From NCBI GenBank assembly GCA_021323375.2, contig JAJPCT020000022.1:38411-102410 (forward strand): a stretch of 64,000 bases of DNA, written 5' to 3'. This document shows positions 48,192-57,821 of the stretch, piece after piece. Origin of the DNA: Candidatus Wolframiiraptor gerlachensis. GTDB lineage: Archaea > Thermoproteota > Nitrososphaeria_A > Caldarchaeales > Wolframiiraptoraceae. A program made the position numbers and the translations under genes. Positions within the stretch are counted from its first letter, which is position 1. Every line of letters starts with the position of its first letter. The notes below the pieces were generated by a model that worked only from the letters and a program-made list of their open reading frames with translations, was not told the DNA's origin and made no database searches.

Positions 48192-48297
48192 AATATTAAC
48201 TGGCCAGCAACATGACCTCATCCTCCTCCAACATCTCTCTGCAAATTCGCTTAAATCACGCGCTCATCACATATCTTTCGGGAGGCGGCGTTAGTGT

Positions 48298-48996
48298 ATG
48301 GAGATTTATGTTGGGACCTCGGGCTGGATGTATGACTGGAATCTTGGTGGGAGCCTGGACTGGTATCTCGCGAACTCCGGGCTTAACGCCGTCGAGCTTA
48401 ATGCATCCTTCTATAGATTCCCATTCCCCTCTCAAGTCTCGAGCTGGGCAAGGAAGAATGGGATCAGGTGGGCTGTTAAGGTTCACAGAGCTATAACACA
48501 CATAAAAAGGCTCTCGGAAAATGCTCTCGAGACCTGGAGGAGGTTTCATGAGCTCTTCAAGCCGCTGAATGATCGCGTGGACTTCTATCTCTTCCAGATG
48601 CCGCCGAACTTCTCCGCCTCTGATGAGAATCTCATGAGGGTGCGGAGATTCTTCGCGGAGTCAGGGCTTGGTAGGAGGTTCGCGATAGAGTTTAGGCATG
48701 AGAGCTGGCTCAGTCGCGCGATCGCCGAGACTATAACGAGCATGGGGGCCACATATGTATCCATAGACTCTCCGATGGGCACGTTCATACACTCGAGCGA
48801 TGGCGTGATATATCTGAGGATGCATGGAAGGTCGGACTGGTACTCCCATGATTACTCGATGGAGGAGCTCTCAGAGCTGGTGGAGACGATATTCTCGCTC
48901 GAGCCTAGGAGGGTCTACGTATTCTTCAATAATGATCATTGGATGCTCGAGAATGCGAGGAGGATGCTGGGGCTGCTGAGGCGGGGACTCGGCTAA
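48298..48996 (+). CDS. DUF72 family protein
   Basis: YVGTSGW, VELNASFYRFP, QMPP, EFRH, YLRMHG and FFNN. Confidence 0.93.
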   Translation: MEIYVGTSGWMYDWNLGGSLDWYLANSGLNAVELNASFYRFPFPSQVSSWARKNGIRWAVKVHRAITHIKRLSENALETWRRFHELFKPLNDRVDFYLFQMPPNFSASDENLMRVRRFFAESGLGRRFAIEFRHESWLSRAIAETITSMGATYVSIDSPMGTFIHSSDGVIYLRMHGRSDWYSHDYSMEELSELVETIFSLEPRRVYVFFNNDHWMLENARRMLGLLRRGLG

Positions 48997-49029
48997 ACAG
49001 ATAATAGCCTCTTAGGAGTATGATAAGTT

Positions 49030-49314
49030 ATGGTCAAAGTAGTTAAGAGGGATGGAGGTGAAGAGGATTTCGTTCCTGAGAAGATCGTTGTGAGCTGCCT
49101 TAAGTCCGGCGCCACCCCGGAGGCCGCGAGGAAGATCGCGAAGATAATTGAGGGCAGGATTCTGGAGAGAGGGCTGGATAAGGTGAACGCCCTCGACCTG
49201 ACAAAATGGATACTCGAACTCCTCAGGAAGGAGAATGAGGAGTGGTATAGGAACTGGATAATATTCGATAAGGCCGTTAAGAGGCGAGATACGGAGAAGG
49301 AGTTAAAGAAGTAA
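49030..49314 (+). CDS. Stand-alone ATP-cone domain protein
   Basis: VVKRDGGEEDFVPEKI. Confidence 0.85.
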   Translation: MVKVVKRDGGEEDFVPEKIVVSCLKSGATPEAARKIAKIIEGRILERGLDKVNALDLTKWILELLRKENEEWYRNWIIFDKAVKRRDTEKELKK

Positions 49315-49389
49315 GGCGCTTCCGGAGGAAATGGGCAGCCATCACACATCTAGTTACATTTATATCCCAGGCTCCATAATAGCATTATC

Positions 49390-49884
49390 ATGGGAAGAAA
49401 AGCCCGCGAGATAGTTGAGAGGGCTGGAGTGAATGTCAATCAGCTTATCGAGATGCTGAAGAAGGCCTATGCGGATGAGTGGATCGCCTTCTACTACTAC
49501 AGCCTCCTAGCGAAGCTCGCCAAGGGCATCGGGTCGACGGAGATCGCCGAGCAGATCAAGAAGATTGCTAATGATGAGCTTGAGCACCAGTCCGAGCTCG
49601 CCGACAGGATAATCCAGCTGGGCGGAGAGCCTCCGAGGAAGTTCGAGGACTTGGTGAAGATCGCGAACTGCCCATATGTCAAGGTTCCAGAGAACACCGG
49701 CGACCTGAAGGCCGTAGTTAAGGCGATAATCGAGGCAGAGGGGTGCGCTATCGAGGCCTATGACAAGATCCTAAAGTGGCTGAAAGAGGTTGGGCCCGAC
49801 CCGATAACATTCCATGTCATCAGGCACATACTCCAAGAAGAGGTCGAGCACGAGGACTTATTCGAGACGATCCTAGGAGAGTAG
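49390..49884 (+). CDS. Dps-like ferritin (DPSL/thioferritin type)
   Basis: ADEW…YYY, ELEH and EEVEHE di-iron ligands plus a Cys pair (IANCP, AEGCAI). Confidence 0.88.
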   Translation: MGRKAREIVERAGVNVNQLIEMLKKAYADEWIAFYYYSLLAKLAKGIGSTEIAEQIKKIANDELEHQSELADRIIQLGGEPPRKFEDLVKIANCPYVKVPENTGDLKAVVKAIIEAEGCAIEAYDKILKWLKEVGPDPITFHVIRHILQEEVEHEDLFETILGE

Positions 49885-49918
49885 GCCTCCTCTCCCCCCA
49901 TTTTTCCATTCTCTTCTC

Positions 49919-51178
49919 TTAGCCTCTCAGTATTTTGAGGCGGGAGAGCTCATCGGCCAGTATCGGCAGGAATGCCCCGACATCAGATATTACGCCGACG
50001 GACTGGGCTGTCCCCCTATCAACAAGCTTGAGCACGACTGAGGGGTTTATGTCAACACATACCACCCTAGCTGTTGATGGGAGCATGTTACCGACCGCGA
50101 TCGAGTGGAGCATAGAGGCCAACATGAGGACCATGTTCGCATCTTTGAGATATCTTCGATATGCTTTTTGAGCCTCGACAACATCGGTTATCACATCCGG
50201 TATCGGGCCATCATCCCGAATCGAGCCCGCGAGCACGTATGGGACGCCGTGGACGATGCACTCGTAGAATATCCCCTTCTTCAAGATACCCTTCTCGACA
50301 GCGCCCCTCAATCCGCCGCATTTCATGATCTCGTTTATCGCGGCCAAGTGGTTCCTGTTCCCGCCCGGCATCCTCACGCCCTCATCAACCTTGAACCCCA
50401 ATGATGTTCCGAAGAGCGCATACTCCACGTCATGGACTGCGAGCGCGTTCCCCGAGAGGAGCGCGTCAACGAACCCCATTCTGATTATTCTCGCTAGATG
50501 CTCCGCGGCTCCGGTGTGGACTACCGCCGGACCGGCCACCACGACGATCTTCCCGCCCGCCTCCTTGGTCCTAACCATCTCAAGCGCTATCTTCCTGACG
50601 ATCGTCGGGGTCGGCTTCTCCGATGACGCCCTGCTGCTCATGAACTCGAAGATCCCCACGCCGGTTCTCGGATACTCTGGAGGCTTGACCCGGACGCCCT
50701 CCTCACCAACCACAATCAACTCCCCCTTCTTAACCTCCCTTATCGGCTTGCAGTAAGCCCTCTCCGCCAGAGGGTCAACAACTATCACTTTATCCATCTC
50801 GATATCCTCAACCTCAATCCATCTGCCTCTATATCGTATCCAAGTCGGATGATTTGTTGTCGCATAGAATCCGTCGGGGAGGATCATGTCATCAGGCGCC
50901 GGCTCGAGCCTAACATCTGAGACCACTTCCGTGACGGCGCCTAGGGACCTCAGCTCCCTTAGGATCAGCTCGAGATGCGCCGCGCTCCTACCGATCACCA
51001 GCATCTTTGCATAGCTTGGCTCATCCTTCCTCTTCCCAATCCTGAAGTCGAGGACCTCGAACTCACCGCCAAGATCCATGATCCTGTCAAAGATCTTTGG
51101 GAGGATGTGCGAGTCTATTAGATGGCCCTCAAGCTCGATTATCTCCGAATACTTCTCCTCTGAGTCCTGGAAAATGAT
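49919..51178 (-). CDS. TIGR00300 family (LOR/SDH-related, ornithine cyclodeaminase-like) protein; start uncertain
   Basis: FYATTNHPT, EMD, GPAVVHTG, GNALAVHD, LAGSIRDDGP and HSIAVGN; conserved-looking ELEGHLIDS lies upstream of the first usable ATG (51079). Confidence 0.85.
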   Translation of the reverse strand: MIFQDSEEKYSEIIELEGHLIDSHILPKIFDRIMDLGGEFEVLDFRIGKRKDEPSYAKMLVIGRSAAHLELILRELRSLGAVTEVVSDVRLEPAPDDMILPDGFYATTNHPTWIRYRGRWIEVEDIEMDKVIVVDPLAERAYCKPIREVKKGELIVVGEEGVRVKPPEYPRTGVGIFEFMSSRASSEKPTPTIVRKIALEMVRTKEAGGKIVVVAGPAVVHTGAAEHLARIIRMGFVDALLSGNALAVHDVEYALFGTSLGFKVDEGVRMPGGNRNHLAAINEIMKCGGLRGAVEKGILKKGIFYECIVHGVPYVLAGSIRDDGPIPDVITDVVEAQKAYRRYLKDANMVLMLASMLHSIAVGNMLPSTARVVCVDINPSVVLKLVDRGTAQSVGVISDVGAFLPILADELSRLKILRG

Positions 51179-51258
51179 CGCCTCTCACCGCATCAACCCC
51201 CTCGGCAGGGGAGAAACAGTTTTCTCACTATATTTTAATTCTTCTTTTCCTACTTTTC

Positions 51259-51933
51259 CTAACATCTCGTTTCCCTGATCCGCCCATCCTCGAGCACTAT
51301 TATCCTGTCTGGTTCAAGCCCTTCCGGTAGCTCCCCCCTGCTATGAGATGCTATTACTATTCCAACACCATTTCTCATCCTTGCTTGAAGTGCTTGGGCC
51401 ACGAGCCCGGATTTCCGGCTATCTAGATGGGCGAAGGGCTCATCAAGGAGTATTAGCTCCGGCTCGGCTACTAAGGCGCGGGCAATCGCGACGAGTTGGG
51501 ACTGCCCCGCCGAGAGCTCCTTGGCACTCTTATCCGCGAGATCCATGAGTTCGAGCTCCCTCATAACCATCTTGGCTTTCATGGCCGCATCTTCCCGGCC
51601 GAGCCCCCGAATTCTGAGAGGATACATGATGTTCTCGAGGACGTTCCCGCGCATGAGGACGGGCTTCTCATGGATGTATGTGATTCTCCTCCTGACCATG
51701 ATCTTCTCCGCCTCCTCCAGCATCCAGAAGTCGCGGCCATCAACAGCGACCTCGCCGCGCGTCGGCCTATAGATTAGGGCCGCTATCTTGAGGAGTGTGG
51801 TCTTGCCGCTGCCATTATGCCCCGCGACAAGTATGATCTCGTCCGAGCCGAGCTCGATAGAGACATCTTTCAGCGCCCACGAGGATGCGTCGAGGTAGCG
51901 GTGCCAAACACCTCTCAGCTTGATGGTTATCAT
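51259..51933 (-). CDS. tupC: Tungstate ABC transporter ATPase
   Basis: GHNGSGKT, LSAGQ and LLDEP; in operon with tupAB. Confidence 0.85.
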   Translation of the reverse strand: MITIKLRGVWHRYLDASSWALKDVSIELGSDEIILVAGHNGSGKTTLLKIAALIYRPTRGEVAVDGRDFWMLEEAEKIMVRRRITYIHEKPVLMRGNVLENIMYPLRIRGLGREDAAMKAKMVMRELELMDLADKSAKELSAGQSQLVAIARALVAEPELILLDEPFAHLDSRKSGLVAQALQARMRNGVGIVIASHSRGELPEGLEPDRIIVLEDGRIRETRC

Positions 51934-52577
51934 AGAGCCCTGACCCCCATCAAGATCTTCATAGATACTGCTGTCGCGATTGTTAGGGCTAGGAGTATTA
52001 TTCCGAGGATTATCGCGGCCTCGAATTCTCCGCGGGTCACGCCGAGGGCTATCGCTGTGGTTAGGACCATCGTGGATCCCCTGATGTTTCCGCCAACCAT
52101 CATCGCTATGCCGAGCTCGCCGACCGCCCTAGAGAACCCCATTACTGCTGAGGCGGCGACGCCGGGGGCGGATTCGCGGAGTATCAGCATCATGGCCTGA
52201 GACTTACTGGCCCCCATGCTTAGGGCTAGCTCTAGGTAGGGCGCCGCGACCACCCTTAAAGCCCTATAGCATGTCGAGATTATGAGAGGCGTTATTAGGA
52301 TGGATTGGCCGATGATTATGGCGTGGGGTGTGTAGAGGAGCTTGAGAAAGCCGAGTGGGCCGGAGCTGCTGAGAAGCATGTAGAGGAGTAGGCCGAGCAG
52401 GACTGTTGGCACGCCGACGAGCGACTCAACCACTGCCTCGAGAACCCCAACCCTCCGCCTGAATGAGAGTAGGTATGCTGCTGGAATGCTCCAGGAGGCG
52501 GATAAGAGCGTCGCGAGCCCGGAGACATAGAGTGATCTAATTGTCACGTCGAGAATCTCGGAAAATGCTAGGCTCAT
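51930..52577 (-). CDS. tupB: Tungstate ABC transporter permease
   Basis: LLSSSGPLG, FSRAVGELG…VGGNIRG.T..LTTAI. Confidence 0.9.
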   Translation of the reverse strand: MSLAFSEILDVTIRSLYVSGLATLLSASWSIPAAYLLSFRRRVGVLEAVVESLVGVPTVLLGLLLYMLLSSSGPLGFLKLLYTPHAIIIGQSILITPLIISTCYRALRVVAAPYLELALSMGASKSQAMMLILRESAPGVAASAVMGFSRAVGELGIAMMVGGNIRGSTMVLTTAIALGVTRGEFEAAIILGIILLALTIATAVSMKILMGVRAL

Positions 52578-53485
52578 GGGTGATTCACCCCCATGCCTGA
52601 TGCGAGCCGGCTCCATAGGTCCTCAAGCTCCAGGAGCCTTCCCTCGGCCGGGTGGAATAGCGGCTGCTCATACTCGCCCTCGCCGAAGCTCCCTATCATT
52701 CTCTGATCCTCCATGAGGAACTTAAGGAAGAGGGCCGCGTATTTCCTCTCATCGCCGGAGCAGCCTCTAACCAAGTAGGCCGAGTAGATGTTGATCGCGT
52801 CAGGGTCTTTCGGGTTCGCGTAGAGTATTGAGAGCCTTGGGACTCTTCCCTCCCTTGCCAGCCTCAAATATGTCCCGGCATCGGTTAGCGAGTAAGCTGA
52901 TAGCTCGTTCGCGATGATGAGTGTCTGCTCCATGCCTACAGCCGCCTCCCTATACCAGCCCCTGCTGGCAGGATTCAAGCCAGCCCTCCCCCATATCTCC
53001 AGCTCCCTGAGATGTGTTCCCGATAAATCTCCCCTGCTGATGAAAAATGCCTCACCTAGCTCGCCGGCGGAGTAGATCCTCCTAAAAGCCTCGATGATGC
53101 TACTCGACCCATTGATTTTTGCCGGATCAGGATTGGGCCCGACAATTACAAAGTAGTTGTATGCAATGATCTCGCCATCCTCGAGAACCCCTCTCTCGAT
53201 GTACTGCTTCTCGAGGCTCGGTGCATGGGCTAGGATCATGCAGGCGTCGCCGCGCTCGGCATATCTGAGAGCAGCCCCAGTCCCAGCAGCTATGAACTCG
53301 AGCCTAACATTTGGATGCTCTTCCTCGAACTTCTCCGCGAGATAGTCGAGGAGGCCGGTCGCGTAGAGTGATGTCGTGGTAGCTATCCTAACTCTCACCT
53401 CGCTGGGGAGGAGTATTTGGGCCGACCTGGCCGCGATCACCGCCATGAGAACCACCATTATGGTTATGACTCTCCAAGATGACAT
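52574..53485 (-). CDS. tupA: Tungstate-binding protein
   Basis: ATTTSLYATGLL, GTGAAL, HAP and SRGDLSGTH. Confidence 0.92.
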   Translation of the reverse strand: MSSWRVITIMVVLMAVIAARSAQILLPSEVRVRIATTTSLYATGLLDYLAEKFEEEHPNVRLEFIAAGTGAALRYAERGDACMILAHAPSLEKQYIERGVLEDGEIIAYNYFVIVGPNPDPAKINGSSSIIEAFRRIYSAGELGEAFFISRGDLSGTHLRELEIWGRAGLNPASRGWYREAAVGMEQTLIIANELSAYSLTDAGTYLRLAREGRVPRLSILYANPKDPDAINIYSAYLVRGCSGDERKYAALFLKFLMEDQRMIGSFGEGEYEQPLFHPAEGRLLELEDLWSRLASGMGVNHP

Positions 53486-53600
53486 ACTGCACTGTGGCCC
53501 CCTTGTTACGAGAAAGCCATTCAATATTAGCTTCTCTTTCTCTCCTCTTCTTCTCGTTATCTTGCCTCTATTATCTCTCGAAATAAGAATTGAGAGGATC

Positions 53601-53733
53601 GGCCGGCGAGTAGTAAAAAGTCATAAAGGCCAGTAAGGTTCGAGCGATAGTCCACCGTGGAGGACTTTGCGAATCTATGGATGGTACTAGCCATGTTCCT
53701 GCCGGCCTTTATGGCTACGAGGACGCGTCGGCC
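53601..53733 (+). ncRNA. Putative dual-guide structured RNA, unit 3 (orphan, no adjacent protein gene)
   Basis: GGCCGGCG/CGTCGGCC, AGTCATAAAGGCCAG/CCGGCCTTTATGGCT and CCGTGGA/TCTATGG stems; 13-nt arms at 53639-53651 and 53685-53697. Confidence 0.75.
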
Positions 53734-53777
53734 ACCCTACCCAAATATGTTTGTTCTTTCTAAAGAGTCTAGCTGGC

Positions 53778-53824
53778 TTGATGAGGTCTTATCCTCGATG
53801 CCCGGATATAGGAGGATGGGCTGA
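53778..53824 (+). ncRNA. Weak box C/D sRNA candidate
   Basis: TTGATGA…CTGA span of 47 nt; internal D'/C' (TCGA/GGATAT) are degenerate. Confidence 0.35.
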
Positions 53825-53858
53825 AGATACATTATATAGGAAAAGGGAGGGATGAGGC

Positions 53859-54944
53859 CTAGTAGAGCCTCGGCTTCGGCGTCTTCAGGAATTTTCGGAT
53901 CCCCGCTAACACCGCACTCTTCCCCCCAATGATTGCTACTAGGTCATACTCAACTTTTGCGACTATCCTGCCGGAGATATTCATGGTCGGCGCGAGTTGG
54001 AGCTCTATCTCGCCGAACCTTATATCTGGGAAAGCCTCAGGCCCCGAGTTATACGACTGTATCGCGGCTCTTGGTAGATTTGGATCACGCTTTGGCACAT
54101 CCAAACAATCCTCCTGACTCAATGGGATATCATGGCTTCTCAGTATGAGAACTGACCACATTCTCTTCCCAATTCTCGAGACATAGGCTATTGTCCCGAG
54201 CTCCGGATCTCTTAGATCCTCGGGCTTGACTCCGAGCTTCGAGACATACTGGCCATCTATCTTGAATGAGATATGGTCGCTTGAGACTCTCAGCCTATCA
54301 CGCGGGATCTCGATGAAGTAGTGTATGGGTTCAGCCCCCCTTCTCACGGGCACTAGGGCCGTTCCCGCGCCCATCTCGCTTACTGGAACTTGTGCTAGAG
54401 CCCATGGATTCACCCTAGCAGGATACTCTCCAACAAGCGCGTCAATTATCCTAAGCCTCATGAAGCCCTTCCTCGACTCGAGGAGCCTAATCTCCCTGCG
54501 GATCTGTGCCTCGAGCCGCGCCCCTAGAAGATTGTCATCGGCATGGATCCGGCCCTCAAAGATAGCCCTCCCCGAATCCGCCTCAATAATCCTATATTCT
54601 CCAGGATCTATACCCTCTGGGCAGAACCACTCCTCAAACGACTCGGGCTTCCTGTAGAAGAAGTTCCTTTCGGGGGAGATCCAGAGCCTAAGCCCACCAA
54701 CATTCCAATCATTCTTCGAGAATGCATCTTCGAGCATGGGATTAACCCAGAGAAGATTCGGCGACGCGTTCAGGAAGACTCCAAGCACCCTAGCGCCCCT
54801 CTCGCATAATACAACCCTGCAATTCTCATCATATAGAACAGCGCTCTTGGAGTATCTATTGATTACCTCGGTAAGCTCCTCCAAGCTGCCTAACCAGCTC
54901 ATACAATATGGTTGAGGATCCTTCCCCGGGATAAGTTTTTCCAA
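53859..54944 (-). CDS. Hypothetical protein (beta-sandwich, aldose-epimerase-like fold suspected)
   Basis: 361-aa ORF; GARVLG…LLWVNP…WNVGGLRLWISPE…YN.G…GEIE. Confidence 0.7.
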   Translation of the reverse strand: MEKLIPGKDPQPYCMSWLGSLEELTEVINRYSKSAVLYDENCRVVLCERGARVLGVFLNASPNLLWVNPMLEDAFSKNDWNVGGLRLWISPERNFFYRKPESFEEWFCPEGIDPGEYRIIEADSGRAIFEGRIHADDNLLGARLEAQIRREIRLLESRKGFMRLRIIDALVGEYPARVNPWALAQVPVSEMGAGTALVPVRRGAEPIHYFIEIPRDRLRVSSDHISFKIDGQYVSKLGVKPEDLRDPELGTIAYVSRIGKRMWSVLILRSHDIPLSQEDCLDVPKRDPNLPRAAIQSYNSGPEAFPDIRFGEIELQLAPTMNISGRIVAKVEYDLVAIIGGKSAVLAGIRKFLKTPKPRLY

Positions 54945-54971
54945 ATCATTACATGGAGGAGTTCGCCCTCT

Positions 54972-55742
54972 TCAGATCTGGTCTTGGGGGATCTTATCCG
55001 GTGCATGAGCCACCCCGTATCTCAATCCATACCTCTTCAACCTCTCGACCACGTGTGGGTAGAGTATGAGCTCTTCGATCTCGGCCTCCTCCGCGAGCCT
55101 CTCATCTATCTCGGCGAGCCTCTCCAGCAACATCTTAAAGCTCCCCTCGCTCGAGAATGATGTCATTATCGCCGGGTGGCAATTCACACCAGCCTTAAGC
55201 AGGTTTCTCAGGGCATTTAACTGGAGCTTGAATCCATTTGGATCAGCGCCGGTGAGCATGTGGAACTCGCTCTCATTACATCCCTTCAATGATACCCTGA
55301 CATGGAGGAAGTCGTGGCCGGAGAGTTGGGCCGCATAGCCCTCATCATGTCCCAATAGTATCCCATTGGTCTCGAGTATGAAGAGAATGTCCTTGCCCGA
55401 AAGGTAGTCGAGGACTCTTAGAAGGTGCTCTCTTCCAATCGTCGGCTCGCCGCCGCTAATTCTTACCTGACTTATCCCCCTGCTTCTAGCGAGGTTGAGG
55501 AGCCTTGAGGCCACGTCCTCTGGCTTATAGAAGCTTCCAACTCTGAGTGGATTCAGCCTGACATTGTCTGATACCCAGCAGAACTTGCAGAAGAGGCCGC
55601 ATCCAACGCAGTCTGCGGTAACTATCCCGCCATACCACCTGTCAACGCGGAACCGGTAATATTTCCTCTCATAGTCCCGGGTAACATGATTCTCGAGCAT
55701 TAAATGCGTCTTGACAGGATCATAGCCCACGAGAAATCTCAA
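54972..55742 (-). CDS. Radical SAM protein (COG5014-like)
   Basis: WYGGIVTADCVGCGLFCKFCW, ISGGEP and ETNG. Confidence 0.9.
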   Translation of the reverse strand: MRFLVGYDPVKTHLMLENHVTRDYERKYYRFRVDRWYGGIVTADCVGCGLFCKFCWVSDNVRLNPLRVGSFYKPEDVASRLLNLARSRGISQVRISGGEPTIGREHLLRVLDYLSGKDILFILETNGILLGHDEGYAAQLSGHDFLHVRVSLKGCNESEFHMLTGADPNGFKLQLNALRNLLKAGVNCHPAIMTSFSSEGSFKMLLERLAEIDERLAEEAEIEELILYPHVVERLKRYGLRYGVAHAPDKIPQDQI

Positions 55743-55782
55743 GTGGGGCGCGCGATATTTATCTTTCCCCCGCGGGAGCTGA

Positions 55783-56844
55783 TTGGTGATAGATCATCCC
55801 GGTGGAGCGGGGTTGGAGCTTATCCTCGATTGCGGTGATTATAGCCTGAATAGCTCGCTCGCGCCATCCTTCATCTCGAGCCTATACGAGAGCTTGGGTT
55901 CGGGTGCTTGGGTCAAGGTTGCCGGCAAACTCGGCGGCAGGCTAAGGCTTGAGCAGAGGGGTAGGAGACTGATCATCATCTCGACGGCCGAGATCTCTAG
56001 GGCTGAGCTGGAGCATATAGCCATCCTCGAGACGGGGTTATGGCATGAGGAGTTTGAGAGGGGGATAGGCAGGCTTCCCGCCGGCTTTAGGGAGGCTGCT
56101 GAGGCACTTGCCGAGACATATCCCGGGGTCAGGATACCAATAGCTCCATGGGACTTCGAGCACATTCTCATGGCCGTCCTGCTCTCTAAGAGAGCGAGCT
56201 ATGAGATTGTGAGGAGGTGGTGTAGAAGGCTTTGGGAGATGTTCCAAGGAGATCTTCGCATGCTAGCATCGGCCAAGCCCACAGCCTTGAGAAGGATCAC
56301 CCGGAGCTATCAGCTCTTAGATGCAGTGAGATCCATGAGAGACTTGATGAGGATTGTTGAGGAGCCTAGGAGAATTCGCGAGGAGATTATCGAGAGATTT
56401 GGTGCGCCTCGTGAGCCACTCTCAAGTTATATCCTATGTATGCCACCTGAAGCTGCTAGGGTTATCCTCCTTTCCGCTTGGGGCATAGGCCCGAAGGTCG
56501 CCGACTCAACAATACTCTCGACATTCAAGGCGCCGCACTTTATACCATGCGACGTCCATCTGAGGAAATTCATCACAAGGCTCTCATTGGCCGAGGATTT
56601 CAAGATGCCGGAGAAGAGCCTCTGCAAGAGGTTTCTATGCAACAGCGAGCCGGCCTTAGGATTAGACCCATGCCCGAGCCGAAGATGCCTCCGAGCAATT
56701 CTCAGGCCTCTTGGCGAGCTTGGAGGATGGATGCAGACCCTCATCTACCTCCACGGAAAAGAATGCTGCAGATCCATGAAGCCGCGATGCGACAAATGTT
56801 CTCTGAGAAGATTATGTGCCTCCTCAACCTCTTTCCAAGACTAG
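55783..56844 (+). CDS. HhH-GPD DNA glycosylase family with C-terminal [4Fe-4S] motif
   Basis: WGIGPKVAD, PCDVH and C-x6-C-x2-C-x5-C (CRSMKPRCDKCSLRRLC). Confidence 0.8.
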   Translation: MVIDHPGGAGLELILDCGDYSLNSSLAPSFISSLYESLGSGAWVKVAGKLGGRLRLEQRGRRLIIISTAEISRAELEHIAILETGLWHEEFERGIGRLPAGFREAAEALAETYPGVRIPIAPWDFEHILMAVLLSKRASYEIVRRWCRRLWEMFQGDLRMLASAKPTALRRITRSYQLLDAVRSMRDLMRIVEEPRRIREEIIERFGAPREPLSSYILCMPPEAARVILLSAWGIGPKVADSTILSTFKAPHFIPCDVHLRKFITRLSLAEDFKMPEKSLCKRFLCNSEPALGLDPCPSRRCLRAILRPLGELGGWMQTLIYLHGKECCRSMKPRCDKCSLRRLCASSTSFQD

Positions 56845-57093
56845 CTAAATTGGATTAGCTAAATTGGGAAATATTCTTTAAGCTCTGACAGCTTTCAAGA
56901 GCCTATTTGGAGGATTATATCCACCCTTAGATGGATGTAAAATCTCCCTCTTCCTTAAGAGTGATGGAATCCCCATGATTCCATCTTGGGATGCTGCCTT
57001 ATCGCCCTTAAGAGGCGCTCGACCCTGCAAGCACATTATTATTCCTTCCATGGAGAAAGTGCCAAATAGTGATTTGTGGGTTTATCTTCTAGG

Positions 57094-57211
57094 GCCGGGG
57101 TCCCATAGCCAGGTAGTGGGTCGGCCTCGAGATCTCATATGGGACTGGTTGGATGACGGGTTAGCCGATGCCCCTTCGCGGGGCGCGTGGGTTCAAATCC
57201 CACCCCCGGCG
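57094..57211 (+). tRNA. tRNA-Ser(CGA) with a 31-nt canonical 37/38 intron (57132-57162)
   Basis: GCCGGGG/CCCCGGC acceptor, TCGGC/GCCGA anticodon stem, CT-CGA-G, long variable arm, GTGGG-TTCAAAT-CCCAC; BHB helix CTCG/CGGG with AGA and TTA bulges. Confidence 0.93.
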
Positions 57212-57224
57212 CACATACCCCTCT

Positions 57225-57821
57225 CTAGATTATCCCGGTGGACCCGATTATGCTTCCGAGGCTTTTTATCAGCGCGGCCTCTATCGCCGCCGCAAGCGCG
57301 AGTAATAGGGTTGATAGGGCGATCGCTATGAGAAGCATCTTCAGCTCTCCTCTCAGCAGCCATCTCCTACGGAGGATGATGTGGGATATGGTGATGGATT
57401 CGGCGATCGCGACCCCGTAACCTAGGAGCTCGAGGATTCCATAGCCCGTCAGGAGTATGATGAGTATAGTCATGGCGATCATTAGGTTTACGGGTATCCC
57501 CATCTGGGCCGAGGTCCAGCCGAGGAACCTGCCCGTATTGAATACTATGTAGCCTGCTAGTGGTGGGCCGGCGAATGGTATGATCCCGAGAAGGGCTACG
57601 AGCATGTTGTTTGAGAAGATTCCGAGCTCGAGGTTTTCCTCTCCAAGCCTTTCAAGGCTCTCCTGTATCTCTCTTCCCTCCTCGTCGCTTAATGGGAAGA
57701 ATGCGCCAGCTATTAATAGGCCGATAAGTGTTACCATTATTATCAGGGCGAGCTTCAGCCTCTTCACTATGAGCTTAGCGGCCTGCAACCCTCCTGTCCA
57801 CCTCCTCAGCCACCTCGCCAT
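57225..57821 (-). CDS. SpoIIM-like membrane protein
   Basis: IFSNN…IPFAG…NTG…YGILE…LAAAIEA. Confidence 0.75.
   Translation of the reverse strand: MARWLRRWTGGLQAAKLIVKRLKLALIIMVTLIGLLIAGAFFPLSDEEGREIQESLERLGEENLELGIFSNNMLVALLGIIPFAGPPLAGYIVFNTGRFLGWTSAQMGIPVNLMIAMTILIILLTGYGILELLGYGVAIAESITISHIILRRRWLLRGELKMLLIAIALSTLLLALAAAIEAALIKSLGSIIGSTGII

Noticed and set aside
51185-51187. In-frame TGA as selenocysteine
   Set aside because: Position is in a non-conserved leader, not a Cys-equivalent site; no SECIS seen
56842-56867. TAGCTAAATTGG direct duplication at a stop codon
   Set aside because: Only 2 nt between copies; looks like slippage, not a target-site duplication around an element
56963-56985. 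9-bp hairpin GATGGAATC/GATTCCATC between CTTAAGAG repeats upstream of the tRNA
   Set aside because: Single occurrence with no homologue in the window; cannot assign a function
56975-57331. 118-aa ORF
   Set aside because: Runs across the tRNA-Ser gene; spurious
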